From assembly GCF_963921235.1 (NCBI RefSeq), contig NC_086097.1, positions 130,574,001 through 130,638,000 on the forward strand: a DNA stretch of 64,000 nt, written 5' to 3'. The stretch is from Mobula hypostoma. Lineage: Eukaryota. How positions within the stretch are numbered: the stretch's first letter is position 1; each line of letters opens with the position of its first letter. This document shows positions 1-11,595 of the stretch, piece after piece. Made by a program: the position numbers and the translations under genes. The notes under the pieces are model-generated. The model did no database searches, was not told where the DNA came from, and worked only from the letters and a program-made list of their open reading frames with translations.

Positions 1-270
1 TTTCCAGCCCTATATCCCTTTCACCAATCAACCTCCCAGCTCTTTATTCCACTCCCCCCGCCCCCGGTTTCACCTATCACCTTATGTTTCTTCCGCCCCT
101 CCCCCCACTTCTTACTCTGACTCCTCACCTTTTTTTCTCCAGTCCTTATGAGGGGTCTCGGCCCAAAACATCAATTGTACTCTTTTCCATAGATCTGCCT
201 GGCCTCCTGGGTTCCACCAGCATTTTGGGTCTATTGCTTGGATTTCCAGCATCTGCAGGTATTCTCTTAT
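1..270 (+). mobile_element. Penelope-like element 3' end (pLTR) fragment with degenerate hammerhead motif
   Basis: Pyrimidine-rich tract followed by agtccttatgaggggtctcggcccaaaacatc...ccagcatctgcag, homologous to 47700-48003. Confidence 0.75.
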
Positions 271-282
271 TTTGGGCCAACT

Positions 283-850
283 CCTCTCTCATTCCTCTGT
301 AATTCCCTTTACTCCACTGTAGTACTGATACATTTGACTTTAGCTTCTCTTCTCAAATTTCAGGGTGAATTCAAACATATTATGATCACTTGTCCCCAAA
401 GTTTTTTTTTTACCTTAAGCTCCCTAATCAATTCTCGTTTATTGCAAAACACACAATCCAGAATAGCTGACCCCTCTAGTGAGTTCAGCCATGAGCTGCT
501 CTAAAAAGCCATCTCATAGGCACTCTAAAAATTGCCCCTCTTGGAATCTAGCACCAACCCGATTTTCCCAATCCACCTGCATATTGAAATCCCACATGTC
601 TATTGTAACATTGCTATTTTGACATGCATTTTCTATCTCCCTTGTAATTTGTAGATCACATCCTTATTAGTGTTTGGAGGTTTGTATACAACTCTCATCA
701 GGTTCTTTTTACCCTTGCAGTTCCTTCGTTTTATCCACAAAGATTCAACACCTTCTGATCCTGTGTCACCTCTTTCTAATGACTTAATTTCATTTTTTAC
801 CAACAGAGGCACATACCCTGTCTGCCTTCCCGCCTTTCCTTTCGATACAA
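283..850 (-). mobile_element. CR1 LINE fragment (APE region), part 1 of an interrupted copy
   Basis: Reverse complement is homologous to the CR1 at 851-1108. The copy continues at 2993-3300. Confidence 0.75.
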
Positions 851-2989
851 AGAGATTGTTGAATGCCTAAGAGATGGCTTTTTAGAGCAGTTTGTCATTG
901 AGCCTACTAGAGGATCAGCTATACTGGATTTGGTGTTATGTAATGAACCGGAGTCAATTAGGGAGCTTAAGGTAAAAGAACCCTTAGCAACCAGTGATCA
1001 CAATATGATTGAGTTCAACTTGAAATTTGATAGGGAGAAAGTAAAGTCTGATGTAGCAGTACTGTATTTCAGTGGAGTAAGGGAAATTACAGTGGTATGA
1101 GAGAGGAGCTGGCCAAAGTAGATTGGAAGGAGCTGCTGGCAGGGATGTCAGCAGAGCAGCAATGGTGTGTGTTTCTGGGAAAAAAAATGAGGAAGGTGCA
1201 GGACATATGTATTCCAAAAATTCCAAAAACAAAGCAAAAATTAGTGGGAAGATAGAGAATTGGAAAGTTTTTAAAACCTCCAGAGAGCAACGAAAAAATT
1301 ATTAGAAAGAAAAAGATGAAATATGAAAGCAAGGTAGCAAATACTATAAAAGTGGATAGTAAAAAGATTTTTGAAGTATGTTAAAAATAAAAGAGAAATG
1401 AGAGTGGATATAGGACCGCTAGAAAATGAGGCAGGAGAAATAATAATAGGGGACAAGGAGATGCCTGATGAGCTGAATGAGTATTTTGCATCAGTCTTCA
1501 CTGTGGAAGACACTAGCAGTATGCCTGATTTTGTAGTGTGTGAAGGAAGAGAAAAAGGTGCAGTTACTATTACAAGAGAGAAGGTGCTCAAAAAGCTGAA
1601 AGACTGAAAGGTATATAAGTCACCCAGACCAGATGAACTGCACCCCAGGGTTCTGAAAGAGGTAGTGTTAGAGATTGTGGTGGCAATAGAAAAGATCTTT
1701 CAAAAATCATTGGACACTGGCATGGTGCCAGAGGACTGGAAAATTGCAAATGTCACTCCACTCTTTAGGAAAGGAGGAAGGCAGCAGAAAGGAAATTATA
1801 GACCAGTTAGCCTGACCTCGTGGTTGGGAAGATGTTAGAGTCAGTTGTTAAGGATGAAGTGATGGAGTACTTGATGACACAGGACAAGATAGTACAAAGT
1901 CAGCATGGTTTCCTTCAGGAAAAATCCTGCCTGATGAACCTGTTGGAATTCTTTAAAGAGATTATAAGTAGGATTGATAAAGGGGATGCAGTGGATGTTG
2001 CATATTTGGACTTTCAGAAGGCCTTTGACAAGGTGCCACACATGAGGCTGCTTAACAAGTTAAGAGCCCATGGTATTACAGCAAAGATACTAACATGGTT
2101 AGAGCATTGGCTGATTGGGAGGAGGCAGTGAATGGGTTTTCTGGTTGGCTGCTAGTGACTGGTAGTGTTCCACAGGGGTCGATGGTGGGACCACTTCTTT
2201 TTATGCCGTATATAAATGATTTAGATGATGGAATAGATGGCTTTGTTGCCAAGTTTGCAAATGATATGAAGATTGGTGGAGGAGCAGGTAGTGTTCAGGT
2301 CGCATAAGGACTTAGACTGATTCGAAGAATGGGCAAGAAAGTGGCAAATGAATTACAATGTTGGAAAATGCATAGTCATGCACTTTGGTAGTAGAAATAA
2401 ATGTGTGGATTATTTTCTAAACGGGGAGAAAATGCAGGAATCTGAGATGCAGAGGGACTTGGAAGTCCTTGTGCAGAACACCCTAAAGGTTAACTTGCAG
2501 GTTGTGTTGGTGGTGAGGAAGGCAAATGCCATGTTAGCATTCATTTCAAGAGATCTAGAATACAAGAGCAAGGATGTGATGCTGAGGATTCAGAAGGATG
2601 AGGGAGGATCTCATTGAAACCTTTCGAATGTTGAAAGGCCGAGACAGAGTAGATGTGGAAGGGATGTTTTCCCTGGCGGGAGAGTCTAGGACAAGAGGGC
2701 ACAGTCTCAGGATAGAAGGGCGCCCTTTCAAACAGAGATGTGAAATTTCTTTAGCCAAAGGGTGGTGAATTTGTGGAATTCGTTGCCACATGCAGCTATG
2801 AAGACCAAGTCATTGGGTATATTTAAGGCAGAGATTGACAGTTTCTTGTTTAGACATGGCATCAAAGGTTACGGGGAGAAGGCCGAGAACTGGGGTTGAG
2901 GAGGAGAAGAAAAAAGGATCAGACATGATTGAATGGCAGAGCAGACTCGATGGGCCAGGTGGTCTAATTCTGCTCCTATGTCTTATGGT
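851..2989 (+). mobile_element. CR1 LINE, 5'-truncated, degenerate RT
   Basis: ORF pieces QHGF...SCLMNL...YLDFQKAFDKVPH and VPQGS...YINDL...KFAND. CR1-type 3' end ...tgctcctatgtcttatggt. Contains stops and internal deletions. Confidence 0.92.
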
Positions 2990-2992
2990 TTT

Positions 2993-3300
2993 ATTAAGCT
3001 CCAAGCTATAACCTTTTATCAACCATAATTCAGTGATGGCTACAACATCATACCTGCCAATCTGCAACTGTGCTGCAAGTTTATCTCCTTTATTCCATAT
3101 ACTCCATGCATTCAAATGTAACACCCTCAGTCCTCCATTCACCCTTTTCGATTTTGTCCACCTTTCACAATGCAACTCATCCTTTTGACTGCCATGTTGC
3201 CCTATCAAAGACCTCTCTTCATGACACATTGCCTCTGTTTGTAAACCAACTACCTCATCTTCGGCACTATCATCCTCCTTTCCTACAATACTTCGTACAT
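2993..3300 (-). mobile_element. CR1 LINE ORF2 start (APE N-terminus), part 2 of the interrupted copy
   Basis: LRVLHLNAWSIWNKGDKLAAQLQIGRYDVVAITELWL is an APE domain I/II motif. Confidence 0.8.
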
Positions 3301-4352
3301 TAGCCTTGGAAAGGAAAAGAAAGAGCAATTTTATTCCATTTTGTCCTAAGCAATATAGTTAGGCTTCAGAATAATTCTATTCAGAAGAATGATAAGCAAT
3401 CATTTCACAGACACTGTATACAGCATATTTGTCAATTACACTTATAAGTTGAGATGTATTGCTCAATAATTTAACTCTCCCAATCCATTGATTGTGTGTC
3501 CTGTTCATACAGAATATAGTGCACCAATGAGTGATGTTATAAAAGTAAAAAGCAGCATAGCTGCACCTGACAGTGGAGGTCTCTACTTATTATTAGCAGT
3601 GGAAGGGTCCACGTGGGATGCAGTGCAGAAAGCCTTTGAGAGAAAAAGTTAAGGTTTTAGTTTTGTGATATCTTCCCAAGATTACTTTGAGGAGACATTC
3701 ATTTTTCTGGTTTTTTAAAATTTTAAACTTGAAATGTTAATAATTTTTAAATGGTTCTCAGTGGATGTGTTAAATTCCTTTTGCAACAATGGAATCAGCT
3801 CTTGATAACATGATGTGGTATCTGCCGAAACAGGCAACCACTGTTAAGGCCTGAAGGACCTATTGAAAAGATGCTACTTTGAAAGTCCAGAGGATTATCT
3901 TTGGTGCCCCAGTTTAGAAGGATACCTTGTATCAACCTTAGCACTCTTTAATTTATGTTGTCACATTCAGCTTCATGAGATTATTTTTGTATTCTAATGA
4001 ACATCATGGAAAACTTTGTACTTCATGAGTTTAATCTTTCATAGAATTTTTACGTTAGTATGAGTTTTGCACAGACTAAATTAAATCACAATAGAATTTC
4101 TTCATTTCAGTAATTTTCTTCCACATTTTCTTCCTAAAATTGCAACTGATTTTGAAATGCTAATAGTTTCTGATGTTGCTAGAGGCATAAGCATTCATAA
4201 TGTTCAAGGATTGAAGCAGTTTTTTCCCTGTGGGGGTGTGTACGTGCAAATTGATCACTTCATTCTTTGTCTGAATAAAGTTAATCTGTTGAATCTCAAC
4301 TATGCCTTTTAAGATAAAATTGGAACAAAATTGCCTTTTGTAATGAGTTTAT

Positions 4353-4609
4353 GGCCGGCTGGTGGCGCAGTGACATCAGCGCCGCACTCCGGAGCGAAGG
4401 TTCCCGAGTTCGAATCCAGTCAGGCCGCTCCCGGGCACGCTTTCCATCCGTGCCGGGTTGAGTGTCGAGCTCGCAACTCGGCCTCGTAAAAAAAAAACTG
4501 CGCTGTGAGAAGGACGTGGGGGACCACTCACAGAATCTTTCCTCCAAGACAACCACTAGAAAAAAAGTGGTTGCGAGGCTCTGGCAGAGTATGGCACAAA
4601 CAAAAAGAT
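4353..4609 (+). mobile_element. tRNA-derived SINE with target-site duplication
   Basis: A box TGGCGCAGTGAC, B box GAGTTCGAATCC and an A-rich end. Flanked by ATGAGTTTAT(G) at 4343 and 4610. Confidence 0.85.
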
Positions 4610-4674
4610 ATGAGTTTATGTAAAGGATAGTCAAACATCAAGCTGGTATAGTTTTCCACCAGTGCTGGCGAAAT

Positions 4675-4910
4675 AAAAAAATACTGCAGATGCTGAAAAT
4701 CTGAAGGAAAAAACAGAAGGTATTGGAAACAATCCACAGATTAGACAGCATCAATGGATAGAGAGGGGGCAATGTTGAGTCTCAGATTAGAGATCCATCC
4801 TTCATTAACACTGATCTCAAAACAGTTCAGAAGAAGAGCCTTCAAGCTGAAAAATGAAAGGTTTCTCTTTCCATGGTTGTTGCCCGATTTGCTGAGTGTT
4901 TCTGACATTT
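4675..4910. mobile_element. Old Penelope-derived fragment with inverted pLTR halves
   Basis: Starts ctgcagatgctgaaaatct (reverse pLTR end) and ends ttgctgagtgtttctgacatttt (forward pLTR end). Confidence 0.45.
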
Positions 4911-5775
4911 TATTGGTTTAACAGCACAACAGTTAGTTTTGTTATTGCATGATGCATAGCCAATTGCAAAGTTTCTCATACTTCCCTTAATTTTAATTGT
5001 ACCGTGTGTTCTGGGTGGCATTGACCAAATGTTTCAATTTACACAGAGATAATTTTCCACAAGTGTCAGTTGCCTCCTACTGCGCCTCATCCAACGTATT
5101 TCATTCTCATTTCCATTTCCCTCACATATAAAGAGAAAGTCAGCTACGCTTCAGGATTTTCTGAAAAGCTGGTTTTGAACGGCTGGGTGTTGGCTTTCAT
5201 ACTGGCGACATCAGAGGACCAGTAACATGACCTTAGCCTGTCCATCTAAGACCAGGGTGGTAACAGATTCATCACAAGGAAATTTAACAACAATTCAGGA
5301 GGGACCTTCAGGGTTGAACAGTGCCAATCACAAATATTGCTCTCAAGTAGGAAGCTAGGGAATAGCGAGTCAGAAAGTCCAGCTCAATATTAGACTGACA
5401 TATGTAATTATTTCCTCTTGACTTTGCATGAACAGCACTGTAATATTTGTAATCATCTAACCCTATCATATAACCAAGAAGGATTTAAAACTGTAGCCAA
5501 ATCCAAATATAATTTCCAGCTGAATTCCCCTCAGTGGGCCAAACTGGGCAACAATTTCACAACTACCAAGATTTTATGTGGCTCCATATTACCTATTCTT
5601 ATCCAATCCACTATCACTATTGCCTTCTTTTGCTCCACAAGTGGCTGCTTCTTCCCTCACGAACCCAGATGCAAGGTAATCATTTAGTCTTTCAGTCACA
5701 CTCTGCTCAAACAAACTTAAGTGACATGAAGATAATGTTACTAAGGAATTGCCTGGCCAGCGTAGACTCCCCAGG

Positions 5776-6375
5776 TTTATTATCACTGGCATTCATTAAC
5801 TTTGCAGCAGCAGTTCAATGCAATACAGAACATAGAAGAGTAAAAAAAAATAAAAATAATAATAATAAATATGTGAATCAATTACAGTATACGTATATTG
5901 AATAGATTTTAAAAACGTGCAAGAAAACAGAAATACTGTATATTTTAAAAAGTGAGGTAGTGTCCAAAGCTTCAATGTCCATTTAGGAATCGGATGGCAG
6001 AGGGGAAGAAGCTGTTCCTGAATCACTGAGTGTGTGCCTTCAGGCTTCTGTATCTCCTACCTGATGGTAACAGTGAGAAAACAGCACACCCTGGGTGCTG
6101 GAGGTCCTTAATAATGGACGCTGCCTTTCTGAGACACTGCTCCCTAAAGATGTCCTGGGTACTTTGTAGGCTAGTACCCAAGATGGAGCTGACTAGATTT
6201 ATAACCCTCTGCAGCTTCTTTCGGTCCAGTGCAGTAGCTCCCACCCCCATACCAGACAGTGATGCAGCCTGTCAGAACGCTCTCCATGGTACATCTGTAG
6301 AAGTTTTTGAGTGTATTTGTTGACATGCCAATTGTCTTCAAATTCCTAATGAAGTAAAGCCGCTGTCTTGCCTTT
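5776..6375 (-). mobile_element. Rex-Babar LINE 3' fragment
   Basis: Encodes DRKKLQRVIN...CLRKAASIIKDLQHPG...LLPSGRRYRSLK. Close inverted homolog of 44390-44940. Confidence 0.85.
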
Positions 6376-6859
6376 CCTGAGTAATAACTTTTCTCTTCAT
6401 TGACTGTTCATGGAGGGTTAGGGAATACTAGTGGGGGTGCAAGCAGGTAGTTAGTTTGTGAACCTACATGCTTGTTAGTTGAGGCAAGAAAGGTTACTTT
6501 GTCAGTAAATACAGATTCTCTCTGTGCCTCTCTGATCTTTGTTACTAAAGGGTAGATCCTTATAACAATGCAAATGACAGAAACAACAGCTAATGTATAT
6601 GTGACCCTCAAAATGAGCTCAGAATTAATCCAGACACCCAAGCAAAAAATACAGGTTGACATTCTAGCACAGTACTGAGGAAATGCCACACCATCAGAGA
6701 TACCAGCTTTCAGATGAAAGGTTAAGTCAGGGCCCCACCAAAGTTATGATGGATGAAAAACAAGATATCATGTACAGCTCTGGTCACAGCATTACAAGGA
6801 GCTGGAGGTTTTGGAAAGGGTGCAGAAGGCCGAGGATTGATCAGATAGAAGTATATGAA

Positions 6860-7510
6860 ACGGCTGCTCCGAAATGATATTGTATTTGTAAGTAGGTACC
6901 GTGCACAATCCTGATTTGACGGAGACAGACGTGACAAGCACAGAGGAACATCTAGAAAAACTTCTGAAATGCCCGCTTCGCTGCCGCTGCCACTGTGCGA
7001 TCGAGAATCTCCGGAGAGGAAGGCCCCAAATCCTCGGCTTTGCCTATTGCCTGTTTTGCGGGGCTGGGGTTGAAGCGCTCAGCAGAGATGGTGCTCGGTG
7101 CTCATTGTCGGAGGGCTGGTCGGAGGCTCGAAGTTTTCGGACAGACTCAAGAGTTGTCTGTGGTCGGGTGCTTCCAGGGTACTGTATCGGCAAGTTTGCG
7201 GTGCTGGAAGCTCATGGCAGGGAGAATTTTTCTTCCTTGTACCGTCTGCGTGAGATGATGGGACTTTCAAGAGACTTTGAGACTTTTTTTTTACCGTGCC
7301 CATGGTCTGTTCTTTATCAAATTATGGTATTGCTTTGCACCGTTGTAACTGTATGTTATAATTATGTGGTTTTTGTCAGTTTTTCAGTCTTGGTTTGTCT
7401 TGTATTTCTGTGATATCATTCTGGAGGAACATTGTATCATTTCTTAACGCATGCATTACTAAATGACAATAAAAGAGGACTGTGTGTCCTCATAATCTAA
7501 TCTAATCTAA
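6860..7510 (+). mobile_element. CpG-rich retroposon 3' segment with (ATCTA)n tail, inserted in a CR1 remnant
   Basis: Ends caataaaagagg...ataatctaatctaatctaa. CR1 3' sequence lies on both sides (6790-6860 and 7510-7850). Confidence 0.6.
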
Positions 7511-7879
7511 TTATTGAAGGAATCCATAGGGTAGAAATTCATTTTTCCCCCAGAGTGGAAAAGCCATACATCAGATGGCAGAGATTTGACATGAGGAAGA
7601 TGAAAGTTTAAAAAGAGTATTATAAGGTGTTGTTTTACACAGATTGGTAGGTGCCTAGAACATGCTGCCAGGGAAGAAGTTGAAAGTATCTGTGATAACA
7701 GTGTTCGAGGGGGATTTAGACAGACACATGAACAGGCAGAAAATGAAGAGATATAGATCACGTGTAAACAGATGTGTAGTTTAAGTGGCATCATAGTCAG
7801 CACAGACATTGTGGGCCAAAGGACCTGTTCCTCTATTGTTCTGTTCCATGTTCAATATTATTTTGAAGACACATATTTG

Positions 7880-8080
7880 GATTTTCCCCAGTTTCCTGAT
7901 TATTAATTTTCTCTCACTCAACATCACTAGAGCAGATTATCTGTCATCATCACATTTGTGTTTGTGGGAGTTTTCCTGTGTACAATGTTACCCGCATTAG
8001 AAAAGTGAAGACACTTCCTAAAACATTCCATTGGCTACAAGGTATTTTGGGAGATTCTGGAAGAGATATGAAAAGAACTG
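7880..8080 (+). mobile_element. DeuSINE (SacSINE1-like) 3' half; probable 5' half at about 6640-6740
   Basis: aacatcactagagcagattatctgtcatcatcacatttgtgtttgtgggag...cattggct resembles the Deu-domain/3' part of shark DeuSINEs. Confidence 0.55.
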
Positions 8081-8369
8081 CAGTTGGACAGATTTTTTTT
8101 TAACCTCTCTTTTTTACTGTCTTTTTTAAAATCAGGGAGATAAAAGTATGCAAATGACAAAAGAACTCCTAGAGTAATGTTAAGCACAAGGGTTGAAAAA
8201 GACTGTTCTGTTGATGGAACACAATCCGCACCAAGTGTAATTTGCTGGTGAAGGACCATCTAAGGATCTTCTCATCAATTATGTTGTTGACTCGTTATTA
8301 GCTGGTTTCTAGGCTGTAGGTTATTATTTAACTATCAATAGTGATATTGGTGGTCATTTTAACAAAGGG

Positions 8370-8497
8370 AGGGGGAGGGAACGTCGACTCAGACCATGAG
8401 AGGCTGCGTCGGGCATTTTCATGCCTTACAAGGCACAGATTGGAAGTCTGTGTGGGGCGCCACTCCTTGCACAGACACCAGAGCAATGTGTGATTAA
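8370..8497 (-). mobile_element. SINE-like fragment
   Basis: CpG-containing block (gactcagaccatgagagg...agagcaatgtgtgattaa) with abrupt edges in AT-rich DNA. Family not assigned with certainty. Confidence 0.4.
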
Positions 8498-9569
8498 CAA
8501 AAGTTCCCCTCTATTGCTGAACTTTAATTCCTTCACACATCCCCACTCCCCTCCAACAGTACTGAAGAACTGAAACTAGGACACCGGTGAACCATACCAG
8601 ATTTCCATTTATTTATTTTACAGGACTGCACATTCAGCAGATTGTTATTTGGCATCAATTACAACTTTCCAAAGTTCAGCAAGCACAGAAGGAGAGCATG
8701 CATGTGTGGGCTGTGTGAAGCAGTGCCACTGAATGTCAAGCTCATATAAACTTATGAGGCCATATATTGGACAGGTCAGAAAGGGGAGATTATTTTAGAA
8801 GCTCTGAACTGTAACAGAGGCCATTAAGAAATCCTGATAAATGTTTCTGGAAGATCACTTTAAAAAGAAAACTTATACTCTTACTTCAGATAAAAATTAA
8901 TCTAAAAATAAAGCCGAATGTATTATCAAGGATATCAACCTTACTAATTTTTCCTTGTAAATATATTAAAACAACATAAGTTCTTCAACTTCAAACCAAT
9001 GGCAAATTTTCTAATACCTGGTTAAGAAGGTTAAAGCCCCACAATCCGGAGATTTTGGGCAAATAATAAAGAAACAAGAATCCTGGTGTAGTTGGGTGTG
9101 GTACACTGTTGAAGGTAGGTTTTCACTTGGGACATTAAATTGAGGCCCTCTGTCTAACTCTCCAAATGGATCTAAAGACCTGTTGGCATTACTTGAAGAA
9201 GGGCAAATGTTCTGCTCAGCAGCATGTAGCTGTCTGTAAGAGTCTGTTCTTTCCAAATCACTGTTCTTTACTACTTAGCTAACTATATTTTAACTTTAAA
9301 ATATATTTATTTATTTATTGGAAAAGCAAATCTACCTGTATTGCCTTTTCTCTGCAACTATAACAGTATGTTGTGCATTCTGCTAATGCATTTCCCTTTG
9401 TAGTACCTCAATGTACTTATGCTTTTAATGATCTGTATGGATGGAACACAAAACAAATATTTTCACTGTATCTTGGTACATGTAACAATAATAAACAAAT
9501 TACCAATTTGGGATATTCTAAGTTTATTGAAGGCACTATGGCTTGGAAATGCATTCCCAGTGGGAAACA

Positions 9570-9870
9570 TGAGATGTACACATAATAACACAAAGATGAG
9601 TACAGCACAGTCTGTATTATGCCCACCCAAATACACAAACTCCATGATCAACCTAACCCTTCCCTCCAACATAACCCCAAACTCTCCATTTTTCTTACAT
9701 CCATGTAGATATCTAAGAGTCTCTTAAATGCTCCTATTGTCCCAACCTTCATTACTAACCCCAGCACAGCGTTCCAGGCACCTACCACTCACTATGTTAA
9801 AAAAAAACCTACCTCTGACATCTCCCTTAAACTTTCCTCCACCCAACTTAAAAGGATGTCCTCTAGCATT
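9570..9870 (-). mobile_element. CR1 3' fragment
   Basis: Encodes RGHPFKLGGGKFKGDVRGRFF, the CR1 ORF2 C-terminus. Confidence 0.75.
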
Positions 9871-10055
9871 GGTTTCAGGAGAGGAGGTAAAAACAGATAT
9901 GTGACAATTTTGTACATGTTGCACTACTGATGAGGGGTTAAATTTCTGGGCATGTTTGAATTCAAGTATTTCTTTCCTTATTACAACCAATACAGAAAAA
10001 ACTCTGTAGGCATGTAGTGCAGTTACACTTAACATGATGAAGGCACTCATGTATC

Positions 10056-10417
10056 TAAAGGGATTGGACAGGCTAGATGCGGGAAGATTGTTCCCGATGT
10101 TGGGGAGGTCCAGAACGAGGGGTCACAGTTTGAGGATAGAGGGGAAGCCTTTTAGGACCGAGATTAGGAAAAACTTCTTCACACAGAGGGTGGTGAATCT
10201 GTGGAATTCTCTGCCACAGCAAACTGTTGAGGCCAGTTCATTGGCTATGTTTAAGAGGGAGTTAGATATGGCCCTTGTGGCTACAGGGGTCAGGGGGTAT
10301 GGAGGGAAGGCTGGGTTCTGAGTTGGATGATCAGCCATGATCATAATAAATGGCGGTGCAGGCTCGAAGGGCCGAATGGCCTACTCCTGCACCTATTTTC
10401 TATGTTTCTATGTTTCT
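10056..10417 (+). mobile_element. Young CR1 3' fragment with (ATGTTTCT)n tail and 7-bp TSD
   Basis: Encodes TRGHSLRIEGKPFRTEIRKNFFTQRVVNLWNSLP. ATGTATC occurs at 10049-10055 and 10418-10424. Confidence 0.9.
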
Positions 10418-11595
10418 ATGTATCGTTCAAGCAGGGAAAGGGCCAGGATTTTTGATCTGGAGATGATATGGGACTAGTCAACAACATATTCAACTATTTG
10501 AAGCTGGATTTCCCCAAGAAGTATACAACGCTGTCCTGCATTTTATAATCACCTATAAACATCACTGTGCCTCTTGCACAGTGACCACTTTCAAGGGCAT
10601 CAAGAGTACTGAGATTTTCAGCAGCATTATTTGAGAACAAACAGGAAAACAGCCATTAGATGACTTCACAGGCACTGGAGTATGAAAGCCACAAAACATC
10701 TGTCCGAATATTTTACAGAATCAAAGTGGGTAGAGACATTAATGCCCAGCATGCTTTTGAAACAACTTATCTAAATAGCATTTCAAATGGCTGACAGTAG
10801 CTATAATTCCACATGGTGAAGAGGTACAATTTTGTAGGTAAGCTCTCCATCGAAAACCATAGATAACTTGAAGGCAAAGCATTCCTCTTCAATTCTGTTT
10901 GATCAAAATTAGAGCTTGCATTTAAATTTGACTCATTTCATTAACAATTAAACATTAAAGCAATTTTATGATTCCAACTTACAGGCATTGCAGTAGAAGT
11001 GTAGCACATCATGTGACAAACTATTTTTCAAACATACACCTGCCAGCAAAACAAACTCATCATGTACAGTATACAAACAATGCATAAATTAAGAATACAT
11101 GGTAAGATCATCTATACACGTGTCTAGGGAAAGCTATTATTGAAATCCCCTACAATCTTCCAAGATGCCTGGTTTCCTCCAATTCAGACCTCTTGTGGCT
11201 CTGAGAACTTCCCCCTGCCCCCCGTATTTACAAAGTTCCTTCCTAAATTTGTTATCTCCTCTATGTGATGCTATTAAACTCTCTGACCACCCATGCATAA
11301 ATTTTTATATGAGGTTTAGAACATGCTTTCTTTGATGATACGCACATGAAGCACCCATTATGCTGAAGCTCCCTTATGAAATACAATTTCTATTTTAGTT
11401 TGAGAGAGTAAAAAATTATGTGTCACTTGTGCTAGAGTAACAGCAGCTGTACAATGCCTCCACTTGAAAGAGACTAAATTTTGAATCAACCACTAAATTT
11501 CATGTTTAGAAAGGATGAATTTCTTTGATCCTTAAACACTGATAGTGGCCAAACAGTTCACTATTGCTGGGCTAATATCAATTGCAATTTTATTT

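Noticed and set aside
4353..4430. tRNA gene
   Set aside because: A and B boxes are present, but there is no closing acceptor stem or T-run terminator and it sits in a TSD-flanked SINE.
6901..7413. 170-aa plus-strand ORF
   Set aside because: Lies wholly inside a GC-rich retroposon segment and has no protein motif.
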